DNA from: Raillietiella orientalis
Taxonomy: Eukaryota
Length of the DNA: 64,000 nucleotides
Direction: 5' to 3'
NCBI GenBank assembly: GCA_036172245.1
Contig: JAYWIR010000010.1
Span: forward strand, 3,534,001-3,598,000
This document shows, piece by piece, positions 25,501 to 37,249 of this stretch. Each line of letters starts with the position of its first letter. Within the stretch, counting starts at the first letter, position 1. The translations under genes were made by a program, and so were the position numbers. The notes under the pieces are model-generated. The model made no database searches. It was not told where the DNA came from and saw only the letters and a list, made by a program, of their open reading frames with translations.

Positions 25501-28500
25501 CCCCCCCGGGGTGCCTCCTCTATCTTGAAGAATCGCACGCACCCTCGGGTGGAGCGGTGGGCTGGCAGATCCTATCCGACGAACCACTCAGACCTGCTGC
25601 CCCTGTCTGACAGAAGAGTTGCTTCGCCACCCGCCCGTTGCAGGCGAACCATCTTCAACGATCTGGATCAAGCACCGAATCCTGGGAAGTTTACCCCGAG
25701 GGGGAAGGAGTCGCCACTCCCCGCACACAAGATGAGAGGCAGGCGATCTCAGCCAAGAGGCCGAGAAGCGTGCAGGAGAGGCACGTTCTCCCGGGAGTGG
25801 ATCGGAAGGCGCGCACGCACCGACCAAGAAAAAAAAAGGCATGTGGACGGAGAACCTTCTAGGGCTTCTAAGAACCTGTCGATTTTATTCACGCTAAAGG
25901 AGCGCGCGCCAGAAGCGGCGCCGGTCGCTAACTCGGGAAACGCGTTGAGTGTCAGGAATCCCCGAGCCACATCCTCCTCGACCACTGTACTGGAGACTCG
26001 GATAAGATGAACGAGACGCGAGATGAAACACCCCAGGAAAAAAAATGGGTAAGTTGGTGGCCTTGAATCGACCCTTTCCGGGCAGTCGATTCCAAAGCAC
26101 GCCCCGGTCTGAGTGCTTCAGGGAGACAGAACACGATATACACGGTCGACCCTTCGAAAACTCAGCGGAGACTGTGGAAAAAGGAGGGGCAACCCAAAAG
26201 AGAGCGCAAGGTCCCTGCAACGCTGAGTGCAACACCTGGAGAATCTTTTCTTCAGCTCGTGGGATCGAAGGGGGGGGGGGGGAAGGGGGAAACGATGTAA
26301 GGAGGGGAGCAGAGGGAAGGGATCGAAATCTTAAGGGAGACAGGTGGCGCACTCCAGGAGGGAAGTGGAGTGTTGCTCGAACATCACGCCTTCCCGAGAT
26401 GTATGTGGTGGGCCGCGATCGATTGTACTTTGCAAGCAACAAATGTAAGTAAAGAAGATGAAAAAAAAAAAAAAAAACGATGCTTTCATTTGGGGCTTGA
26501 CATCAGGTGTTCTTCGTGGATCCGTTTCGGGTGCGATCTCGATGTTCCTGGTCCCATCGAAAACGCTGCCGAGGTCTCATTTCTTGCAATGCCCATTTAA
26601 TGGGAGTGGCAGCCTCGCGCTCACTCTGCAAAAGGGTTGACAGCGTTCCTCGGTTTCCGAACGCTTCCTTGCTTTACCCGAGGCGACGAATCCGTCCTCT
26701 TCGTGGACGGCAAAGCGATGTCCCCGCTACAACCCTTCGGCGCTCCTGATCCCTGCTGACCACTCATCCGATCTTTTTGGCACGGAGACTTGCTTAGAGT
26801 GTTGTTCCTGTGCGAACAAATGATGCGAGGAAATGAATTAATGAGAAATGGAGTCAGAGGTCAGCCAAGACTACTTTTCCTTTTTCTTTTCCCCCGTTTT
26901 CTCGTGCCTTTGCTTGCAGGCGTGAATTTTCGCAGCTCCCCCGACCAGAAGCTGACTGACAACGGAAGGAGAACGGAAATTTTATTCTCAAGCAAATCGC
27001 AAGGATGCACTCTCGATGATAAGCGAGATTTCTCAGGCTTCGAACCTATTTTTCCCTCAAAACTTTCTTCATCTGGGATCTGCATCGGAAGCTTTGCCAC
27101 GTGGACTTTTATCACGCGTGCTCTCTGCAGAAAGAGGGCTCCGCAGAGATTGGGTAATTTTCAGGCATTATTAAACAAAGACAACGTGGTCTCAGACACA
27201 ACACTAATGCATCACCCGGAATGGATAATTACAGTGGCTTTTTAATAGGGCCAGGTCGAGAAAGTCGAATTTGGTCAAAAGGGTTTTTTGACCTCGAAGA
27301 AGTGGGAAGAACCAAAAAAGCGTTTTGTTCGAAACATTTCTCAGCCGAGCACGGGGGCGTCGCGAAGCTTTTCGTAATGATCCTGTGGAAAAAAAAAAAG
27401 GAAGAAGCTGAGAACGACGGAAGATCACGTGACCTCAGCCACTAAACTTGTGCCCACCGGCGGGAGTGGCAATTTCGGCGAGTTTTCAAATTCTCTCCTC
27501 ACTTGCGTGACGCACGTGAAAGAAACGGAAACCCTGAAGACCACGGATGGGGAAAAGCAACTCGCGCAATCCTCACGAATTTGTTTTTCCATGTTCGCGA
27601 GGATTTTCGACGCCTAAAGCTCCAATCCAAGTTTGAACATGAAGGTGAAAAAGGTATACGAAAGGGACTCCTTCCCTCTTTCGTCTTCAGCCACAGGTAC
27701 GTACTCGCGCCGCACTCGTACAGTATTTGCGGAGCAGCACGCACACGTAGCACGGATACGCGTGCGGACGCGTGTGCACGTACACAGTGTTGCATATAGA
27801 ATATGACTACTTGACTACGAATAAACTAAAATGGAAAGCATTCACTTTATTAATGAAGTCAGAATTTCGTGAGGTCAATGGGAAAGTTTGTCGCAAGTGG
27901 ATGCTGGAAGAACGCAATATTCTTCTGTAATAAAAACTGAAAGAAAGCAGGGCTGATTATGGAGACTGAAATATAAAATCTCTGAAAAAAAAAAAAAAAA
28001 GAAAACATATTCGTGAGGATTTTACATTTTTCTGGAAATGCTTTTGCGAGACATACCTGTTCAATTCCCATGCTCTCAAGAAGCAAGCTCAAGAAGCAAC
28101 GCTCTTATTTCATTTTCGATTTCCATCCTCATTCCGCCTAGGAACGAGGTGGGAGATAAATATTCGAGCGTGAAGGCACACTTTTTCAGTCGCTGGATAT
28201 GGGATCTCAACTCTTCAGCCTGAAACATGATTTCATGAGCATTTTCTTGCGCCTCGAAGTTTCTCGTTCAATTCGTTCCTCAACAAATGCATTTGCTTCC
28301 ACTTCCTATTTTCTTGGGAGCCAGGCTCCCCGGAATGGAAGGATGAGAAACGGTGAAAAAGTTTCGATTCGCACTCGTCAGTATCAACTATCCAAGCATT
28401 CCGATTCACTTTCGATGGCAAATTAAGGTCGACTCGTGTATGCATTCCAGCTAAAACTGGGATTCTAGCTGGAATCCGCCACTTGCTCCAGCTCAAGAGA

Positions 28501-28985
28501 GAATGCCGCTACGTTCATTCACGTAGCTGCCTTTGCCCTTCGGTTTGATGAACTCACGCACCAAGACATCGAGCCATCGTACGTGAATGAACGTAGCCTT
28601 AGACCAAATCACGAAGAGATGAGAGAAAGAGAATCGCACTCGGACGGCTTTCCCTAGTTTTTCGTGTTCCTGAAAACGACAGTGTGTGGAAGGAAGGAAT
28701 TTTTTTTTTTTTTCTTCTGACCGTTTTGAAAAGTTAACAGAGTGCTGGGAAGGTACAACGTCCGTGCTCTGGTGGAAGGTGTAACTGACATGTTTTGTTT
28801 CGATGGCGAACTTATTCCAACCTTTCATCCTTTCTTTGAGGTTGAGGAAACTTTTCGGCCTCTTTACGAAAATCCCTTAATTCTATTCGAGAGTGGAGAT
28901 AAGTCGCTCGAGAAAACAAGAGTTCTGCTCTCGATTCATTAGGGCTAATCAACTCGTAGTCGCTGCCAACTACCGAAATTTCCCG

Positions 28986-29254
28986 TCACTCAATGAAGTA
29001 TTTGCTAATCGATGTGAGCGAAAACCCTGATTTTCCCATGTGGTTCTGATGTTCGAAAACACTTGTTTGGATCTCGAGAGGACGCAGTATTAATGCACAC
29101 ATCACGAATTCATACAAGACACGGCAATTGGAAACCTGGTGAAAGCTTCCCGGCAGATTTTTTAATCTTTTCTTCTTTGGAATCGACTCGTCCGACTGCA
29201 TTCTCTCAAACACAATTTGCCTGTATTCAATTATTGCTCTGTCAGTCGACATCC
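28986..29254 (-). CDS. SET and MYND domain protein (SmydA-type), last coding exon
   Basis: Polypyrimidine tract and ttccag acceptor at 29255; a phase-1 join gives IISP-G-MSTDRAIIEY.., matching the SMYD C-terminal PG.S..R motif; open to the stop at 28986. Confidence 0.75.
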
Positions 29255-29364
29255 CTGGAAAAAGAAAGAGAGAGAGCGAGAAAAAAAAAAAAAAAAAGAA
29301 CCGTGACCAGTTACCAATTCCAAATCCGACATGGTCAACAAAGCAACAGCATCTGGAGAAATAC

Positions 29365-30691
29365 CTGGACTGATAATAGTCAGCACGCTGAGGAATTCGT
29401 CACAAGTCTTCCAGGCCTCTTCGACTTCATTATCGAGCATGGTTTTCGCGTGTTTCATGTCCCAATACAGCTGAATCATGTAAACTTTCGCGTCAAGAAT
29501 CCTGAAATAGTTGGGATGCACAGTGCGAGACATGGATCTGATGAAATCTGAGACTTCCGATATCCTGTTCATAATCTGGGAAACCCTGTTAAAAGTTTGG
29601 TGACTCCTCAGGCTTGAGAATTTCTGTTCCACTTCGTTGAAAACTCTGTCGGCTGCTTGGTGTCCCGTAGTGCAAGAGCACTGCTCACAGGACCACTCGC
29701 TAGTCAGGTCGATGGGGGTGTTGGCAGTCATGTATCCCTCATTGCATGAGGGACACTTAATGCTTCCGACGTGGGAGAAGAGTTCGGTGGGGTCCAAGCA
29801 GCGCCTACAGTAGCATGTGAGGGCTCGCAGGTACCGCAGCTTTCGGTGTCTGACTTTCGTAGACGCCAAGACATGGACGAAGCTGATGGACAGCACGGAC
29901 TGCGCAGGAACGTCGACGGCGCAACGAACTATCAGCTTGAAGTTCTCATCGAAAGTGATGTAGCAGCTGGGAATGCAGCTGTGGACCAGCATAGCTCCTT
30001 CCGGGTACAGCCCAACGAAGCTTCTCTCCCTTGGTGTACCCTCGTGCATGTACGGGTGGAAGCAGTTCATGAGAAAAGTGCTCCAGATGCTCAGGAGCAA
30101 TTTGTCCGGATATTCTTCGGCCCTAAAAAAGTTCCGAACTATTGGGACGATGTTCCTCGCGTCAATGAAGAACTCGGGAAAGAACATTTTGTTTTGAAGG
30201 CTGCATCCCAGTTTCAAGAATCGTGTCCAGCTGTGTGGGCTCTGCTGTTTGAGAGCCAAACAGCGGAACAATGGGATGAGGACGTAAAGGTCCGAGACCA
30301 CTGAGAAGGGGCCGATCTTGTGGCTCGAGAACAGCTCGCATTCCAGCTTGTGCTTCTCACTCCGCTCGCAGCTCTCCTGGCAAAGAGGCCAATTGCACTT
30401 GCTGCATTTGTACGTCGACAACAGCAGGCTGTAGCACCCCAGGCAATGAGGCACGTTTCCGGTCAAGCTGAGTACAAGGGGCTCCTCCTCCAAGACAACC
30501 GTTCCCTCGGGAAGATCTCTGGTCGAGAACAGGTGTGGCTTGTTTTCCAGGATAGTTATCTTGTATTTCGGGCACCATTTCCTGTGCTTTTCCGCATCGG
30601 CCTCCTGGTGCTCTCTGGAGCAATACCAAACCTTATCGCAGATGCTGCACGACAAACCAGCTCCTCTACCGCAGACCTCGCACACCACCAT
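29365..30691 (-). CDS. SET and MYND domain protein (arthropod SmydA-type), main coding exon
   Basis: Long intact ORF with an N-terminal MYND finger (CEVC..CSIC..YCSREHQ..H..C), a split SET domain with a second inserted finger (CLGC..CSKCNWPLC..C..H..EC), VHSCIPSC, post-SET CYCRRC, a CPSC..CEQC finger and the HPNY helical domain. Donor ccag|gtattt at 29364; acceptor ccttcag ending at 30708, just upstream of the ATG. Confidence 0.92.
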
Positions 30692-31777
30692 CGGAGAAGC
30701 TAGGATTCTGAAGGAGAAAAGAGAAACAAAGGTCAGTTAATACTCTAAAGAATGGACTTCAGTAGCAGGAATGCAACTTCTCTTTCGAAACCAGGTCTCG
30801 ACCTCTTCCTCTGCTTTGGTTCGACGCGCGAGGCTTCACGATGCAACAAATGAAAAGTTCGGAGGCGACCTTTGCGTCAATCACCCGGTTTTTCACGCAC
30901 TCCCCAGGAAGAGGAATCGCTTCTTGCACAAATCTAAACGTGCGAAACGCTCCTCTTTGCTGCTTCTCGAGCGCTTCCCGCAGAGCGCCGACAGCATGAG
31001 TTTCCTCCCAGTCGAGCTCCTCACAAGATCTCGGCACTCGCGGGGGAACTGGAATGATGTCAAGCAACCTGCTTCTAGAGCGTCCGCAAACAAGAAGCTC
31101 CGGGTCTCCTTGTTCAACGGGAGGACGGGAAAAAAAGGAAGGCTGGACCGAAGTTGCGTCCGTCGCATCGTCTCTCTACTTTGCATTCCGAGGGGGGACG
31201 GGGAAACCTAGCCCCAACGATCACCGTGTCGCGAGTGCGGATGACCCGATGCTGAAGAAACGATGGGAGGCTCGACTTTTGGAAGACGAACGTGCGTCTT
31301 GTGGACTGCAGGGCCTCGCCAAAGAGGAACCAATGTACTGTTCCTCAAAACAAACAGTCGGGTGCTGAGAAAGCCAGCCAGAGAGCATTCAAAGAGACAA
31401 GCGGATCGGGAGTACTCGTTTCGTCCATCCGCTTTCCTGGAACCACAATGGAACGTGTTGCGAAAACGGAACCGGGAGAGATTTCCGGGAGCAAGTCGAA
31501 ATTCGAACGCAAAGATGTGGATGGTGAACACCGCTGACGCACACATAAGCGAAACTTTTTTTTTTTTCAAACACGCGCGCGCGCACACACTCAAGCACAA
31601 AAACAGGAAATCTTTATATACAAAAGCGGCTTACTTGCCTGGAGAACTCGTATTTTTTAGAGAAAAGGAATACTCAATCGAGGAGATATCATTTATTTCT
31701 ATGGATGCGAAATCTTCGTTTCGGGACTTTACTGATTACCACTGGGTAGGCAAAAGAAAAAAGGAGGGGAGGGGGAG

Positions 31778-31787
31778 AAAAAAAAAA

Positions 31788-31818
<31 letters not shown>
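31778..31818. repeat. poly(A) run followed by a (GA)n microsatellite
   Basis: About 19 A followed by about 11 GA units, read directly. Confidence 0.95.
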
Positions 31819-33599
31819 AAGGATTGCACAAATTCCTCCGAGTTGAGAGTTGGTGAATCACAGAATCACATCACATGCACGTGGAACACAGCGGCGAGTA
31901 GACACGACACAGCAGTGCAAAAAACAAAAGGGTCGTGATTCAGTTCTGACAACTTTGTTCTTCCCGAGTGTGGGGGTTAGGGGGGGACTCAAATGCGTGT
32001 CCGCAATTACATCTGGAATCAGGAAGAAAACCGGCCTTCCTCCTTCCATTTCGCCAGGCGCACGCGGTTTTAAAAGTGGCGGAAGACAATTTGGGCGGTG
32101 ATCTGACTGCTGTTTAGCGAGCGGCGGAGCAGGTCAGACAGTCCCTACGGTGGCTACGGACACGTTCGACTTGGCTGAACCAGTTCGCGCAGTTCACCGT
32201 GACCCAATGTTGCTGGGAGACTCATGTCCTCCAGCTATGCTGACATCGCACCTCGAATCGAACGCACGTGTTTTCGAGTTGAACGATCCTCCGGACAGTA
32301 AATAGAAATAGAAGCGACAGAAAAGTGAACGGCTCATAGGTTGCAGAATGCGGGCAAACAGCCAACCAGGCGAGGGGGTGTAGCGTTCAACACCACGAGA
32401 GCATCCCGTGTGCGAATTGTTCTGGGATGTGCGTCCACGCTTGGTTTCGAGAATGCGCCGAGATTCCGCAGGTTTCTGGCTAAGATCGGACAGCTTCCCT
32501 CTCCTCCTTCGAGGGGTTTCTGCTCGGTTTATTTCGGGGATTTTTCATTCACGACCACCTCCTTTCCTGCAGGATGGAAGCGCAAGAGAAAGTAGGGCCG
32601 AAAAATTCGGGCATCTGGAAGCAATTTTTTTTTTTTTTTTTCGTTGTTGTTTCACTGTACGCTCTTTGAGAACGTGATGCAGTGTTGTCCCTTCTAGGGA
32701 ACGATTCCCTAGCGGATCAAGGTTGTGCAGCGACGTGGAAATTGTGGAAGGCCATGTCGTTCAGCCGCAGGAACTGTGCTGTGATCGCGCTGTCACGTGA
32801 TGCATAGAATTTTCGAGAAAAGCATCGATGCCACGGCTCTCCCAGGTTCGTACCGGAAGCCAATTCCAAGGACAAGCGAAGTCATGTGCGTGGATTCTAC
32901 GGGAGGTGGGGCATACTTTACATCATCCTTTCAACATTGTCTAGTGAGCTAGAGGGGCGAAGGGGGTTTCCGTTTGCAACTTTGGCTTCAAAATCTGATG
33001 TCCCGCTGTCTCGCCCTCCAAACCGCCCACTTTGAACGTTGGGCCCTTCACAAGAGGAGATCCTCAAAGTAGGTGCATTCGACCGTTTCCGTTGGAAAAA
33101 CTCTCGCGGGGAAGGGGGAAACTCTTTCTTTACCTCACGTTTTTGCGAATTCAATGAAGATTCCGCAACGATCGAGACTACATCCCATGCAACTGTGGTT
33201 TCGGAAGTCGAATGCATTCAACGGGGTCGTTGATTATAACACCCACGCGAAAAAATAGACAACCAGCTATTTGCTCGTACGAGGATTCCACGTATGACGA
33301 AACTCTCGGGTTCTTCGGGTAAAAAAAAAGTTCAGTAAAATCCTTGGATGTGTTCTTGTGTGGAAGACATAAGACGTTCGCGTTTGACCTCTAAACGGTG
33401 TTGTCGACAGTGTTCACCTCGAGCGCTCTGCAACAACGCTCTCTGCAGCGCATGAGATGATGACTATGAGTGGTCCAAACATTAGTCCGGCTGATGTGCA
33501 GGACGCCTGCGGTCTCTAGGCCGGTTTGCGACCGTACTCCAAGCCCTTGTTGCTGCGATACTCCATATGAGACGGAAGGCCGCTCCTTCTTAAAGCTCT

Positions 33600-33765
33600 T
33601 TGCTCCTCAAGAGTAGTCCGATTCCTGTCATGTGCGGACACAAGTTCGAGTCCCGAAACACCATATCGCAGCAATCCATCGATCCATCTTAGGACATGAA
33701 TCTTCATGAGGACTCTGCGAGCTGGTACATCTTCATCCAATAACCTTACACCTAGGGTTCACTGT
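33600..33765 (-). mobile_element. Short RTE-like LINE 3'-end relic
   Basis: VRLLDEDVPARRVL..RWIDG resembles the RTE C-terminal RM.E...AR.VL..RW.D motif. Confidence 0.4.
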
Positions 33766-36738
33766 GAAGTCAGCACCAACAGCCCAGAAGGAAAGAAGCT
33801 CAGATGAAGACCAAGAAACTCAGGGAGACAGCTATTTGCAGCTGAACCTTTTCACGATTGTTTTTCTTTCTTCCTTTTTTTTAAATGAGAGCCTATGCAA
33901 ATTAGAAAAGGTCATGGACTGCTACATGAATCATCGTGGCAGCATGGTGGAGTGGAAACGAAATGGAGGTTGTAATCTTTTTGTGGAAGTTAGAGAATTT
34001 TATGGAAGAATGTTAAAGCAGGAATCAAGAAGGATAAGCAGGAGCAAAAAACTCAAAGCTTTCCGAGGAAACTACAAAGAGGGAAAAAACAATCTCCAAA
34101 AAGGACGCTGAAAGAGCAAGTCCATTTTACTCCAGAACGAATGAAACAACATGAATCATCATATTCCTATCTGTAGGACGCAACCGAGGATGAATTTCTC
34201 CAGCAATGCGACAGCCTCTGTGTTTTTTTTTCCTTTGTCCCCATCTTTGCGACTCCAAAGCACTATTTTTCCAGAGATTTCGGGTAGACGTTTGAATCTT
34301 TGCAACGTTCCAGACAGGCGGGAACCATGGAATTGAATTCACGTGTTCCAAAAGACAACACATTGACAGCAAGAATCCTCAACTATTCTTTCCTCAGTTC
34401 GTAATTTGCTCATAGAAATTCAGGAAAACAAGAATTGGAGTTGAGAAATGGAGATGGCACCAATCATTGCTTGCTAGTTTCAGTTTTTCCCTCTCTTAGA
34501 TATCACAGGATCACTTTATTCACTCCAGCAACTCTTGAAGTGAATAAGCCGATTTTCAACTGGAACATTGGAACTGGAGAGCGTAGCACCGCTTGCTTCT
34601 TTGTACACAAGGACTGCCACGTCCTGCTCGTTGTTTTCTTGAACGTGATTTCTCCTTTGTAAAAGCAGGACACTGTTGACAAGTGAACTCCACACTCGAT
34701 TCCTCGTCGAAATATCCTAAAAAGGTGATGAGAAGTTTCCAAGATTACCAGGAATCAATTGCAAGGATTGTGATCTTTTGCATTGAATTCTTTCTTAGGT
34801 GGTCTTAGGTGACCAACTCCTATAAGCGGCTCGATCTTTCTATTCAGTTTTGGTGCACATAATGCAGCATGCAGTTGCGAAGAATATCCACAATTTTCAC
34901 TATTGCCATAGTGTCACGGATACGCTGACAGCTGTCCATCCTGGTCCATGACCTGAGATGTGTCCCTAGTGAAGTGCAAATTCATCGCTGTAGTTCTGAT
35001 GCTACTCCTCCATGGAAAAACTTCCGGAACAGGAGAAAACTCACGTGCCGCGTCGGACAGCTTCGTGTCATCACTTCCCGGCTGTTGAAGACACCTGCGG
35101 CTCTCCGACGGCCGCTTCACGCACGCCGCTCGATTCGACTGCCCAAGAACTTGCAGGAGGTTCTCGATACGGGAGGAGTCCTTGACGCGCATTCCAAACC
35201 TCTGCGCCCGGAATCTCTTTCTCTACCTTCCTCACCATAATCCGGCCGTCCTCATCGAGGAAAGAAAAGTAGGAGCCGGCGGCCGCCGACCGGCCGATGC
35301 CGGTAGGCGACTTGAAACTCCATGAGAACGCAGGTGCTCCGCAACCGGGGCCGAGTAAACACACTCGACGTTGGGCGGGAGTGTGAAAAGGGTGGAGTAG
35401 GCAGGAGACCGAGTACGGGAAACTTTGCGTCCTCTTCTCGGCTCCGATGAGAGCGCTTGCTGAAGAGTGGAAGCCCTGGTAGCTTGGGGCTCGGAGGATG
35501 AGAGGTGTTCATGGAAGTTGGGTCCTCCGGGCCGAGGCAGGGAACGTGAAGAAGCGGATAGAGGTGCGTGCGCGAATACCCAGCATTGCAGGCGGACAAG
35601 GAAGCAGCCGCGAGGAGGATCATGAAGCTGCTGGACGCCACCCACGGAAAGGCGAAGAAGATTGAGATGTACTGCCTCTTCGAGCAGTACTACGACTTTG
35701 GCAAGACCTGCGGTCGGATCAACTGACTCTCGGAGTGAAGTGACTTCCCTCGGAATACATCGCTCTTCTGCCAAAGAAAAATAAATGAAAAATACGCAGC
35801 ATAGCCGGAGGATGGTGGTTCATCGGGATCATACCATGGTCCTCCGGGTGTGAACAACTGTCGGCGAGCCTTCGGCAGGGTAACAAGGTGGTGTTGGGGA
35901 TTGCGGGGAATCCCTAGTTCCCTAACAGGGCACTAAAGTTGAATGAAAAGTTCTTCCACTGCGCCATCTTAGCTGACTGAGCTGACTAGCTGACTCCTTG
36001 CAAGGAGTCGACTCTGCTAGAATTAGTTAGCAGCTGAAAGTTGACGTTCTTCCTGGTGTCATCATCTTCAAACTGAGCCAATTCTGCCGAGCCAAGATCA
36101 CCATGTCCGCAGTCGATTACGAAGGCATCTTTCGGAATGCTCTTTTGGTCACGCCGATTGGCATGGTGTGCTGGGTCCTCGTGGTCTCTCCTTCTTATCC
36201 TGATCATCTCCAGCAGCTGCCCCAATTTCTGCAAGAGTCAGATGCGTTCCGGAGAGCGTTCCTCGAAACGAGGAAGGCTCTGGAGGGAACCAAGCAAGAG
36301 GGTTGCCATCACTTCCTTCCGCAGCATCATCTGAAGGACGTTTCTCCAAGAGCATGGTCGTGAGACTTACGTAGAATGCTGGTGCCCTCAGTAGAGGGTG
36401 GCAAGGGAAGAATTTCCGTCGGCGCGGGGAGAGAGGTTCGTGCAGGTCATCAGAGCAAACATCTGGTCCCGGGAAGTCAGGGAAGAAATCGTGGCTCCGT
36501 GAGCCTTCGTAGGATACCCCTATCTCCCTATTTCATCATCAGATGTCTTTATTAATTGTGCTTGTTGTCTCCTTTTTCCCAACTTCCCAATCTTCGCCTC
36601 CCGGTCACATGACTGTGCCGCCTCATGCAGGAGGAATTCATCCAGGCAGGACCTGTTGAGAGCAGTCCAGGAAGGACTCTGTAGGGAGCGAGGCCTCCTG
36701 ACAGTCTGTTCGTTTATTTGTGTCTTATTTATGCAGAG

Positions 36739-36800
36739 CAGATAAATAACTCGGCCTCGGCCAGATAAATAACTCTGCCGCCATCTCCAGATGGCGGCAG
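36739..36800. repeat. Direct repeat cagataaataactc x2 followed by a perfect 12-bp inverted repeat
   Basis: ctgccgccatct (36775-36786), cc, agatggcggcag (36789-36800); the 14-mer direct repeat starts at 36739 and 36762. Confidence 0.9.
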
Positions 36801-36811
36801 TGTAGCCTACG

Positions 36812-37075
36812 ATGACTAACGAGGCGCCGACTCAGAGGTCGGTGATGATGGTGGTCCTCTGGAAACCATCACGGAAGGAGGTTCAGGCGAACTTGGCCTC
36901 AAAGTGGCTGCGTCGACACGAGGAAGCCAGAGCAGCGCCTCACTGGCCAGCTTACCATCTTGACCTTTCAGATAAAGATCTCCGAGAGCTTCTTTTGGAG
37001 GCTAGGGATATCGATAAGATGGAGAGGCTTCTCTCGTACTTACCAGGGGAAGTTTCCTTGAGGACTATTCCTTAA
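36812..37075 (+). mobile_element. Possible LINE ORF1 (RRM-like) N-terminal fragment
   Basis: 87-aa ORF ending LLSYLPGEVSLRTI, resembling the L..LP.E...I motif of Tx1/L1/L2 ORF1 proteins; no ORF2 follows. Confidence 0.25.
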
Positions 37076-37249
37076 GGACCAGCAGCAGCAGCAAGAAACC
37101 GGTCCGCTTCTGATACGTGAACGCCTTCGTCCCTAACTGTGCAGCCTCTTCAGGTCGGCGCAGTCTATGGGCTCCTGCAGCCTTCCGAATAGCCTGGACT
37201 CATCATCGGGAACGTGTCAGGTCGTGGGAAGAGTTGCCTTCTTGCAGGT

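Noticed and set aside
27040..27350. IGSFATWT (nucleotidyltransferase-like) and FCSKHF (THAP-like) strings
   Set aside because: Isolated short motifs with no supporting context.
29771..30703. Plus-strand ORFs of 177 and 127 aa
   Set aside because: Antisense shadows of the SmydA exon.
32470..32490. tggctaagatc matches part of the U2 snRNA 5' region
   Set aside because: Only 11 nt match and the flanks do not continue U2; a chance match.
34400..34900. Possible APE endonuclease remnant (DVAVLVYK..PVENRLI) on the minus strand
   Set aside because: A single motif; the other APE motifs could not be recovered.
34914..36360. GC-rich coding-like minus-strand pieces, including a hydrophobic stretch
   Set aside because: No family could be assigned and no consistent exon chain could be built.
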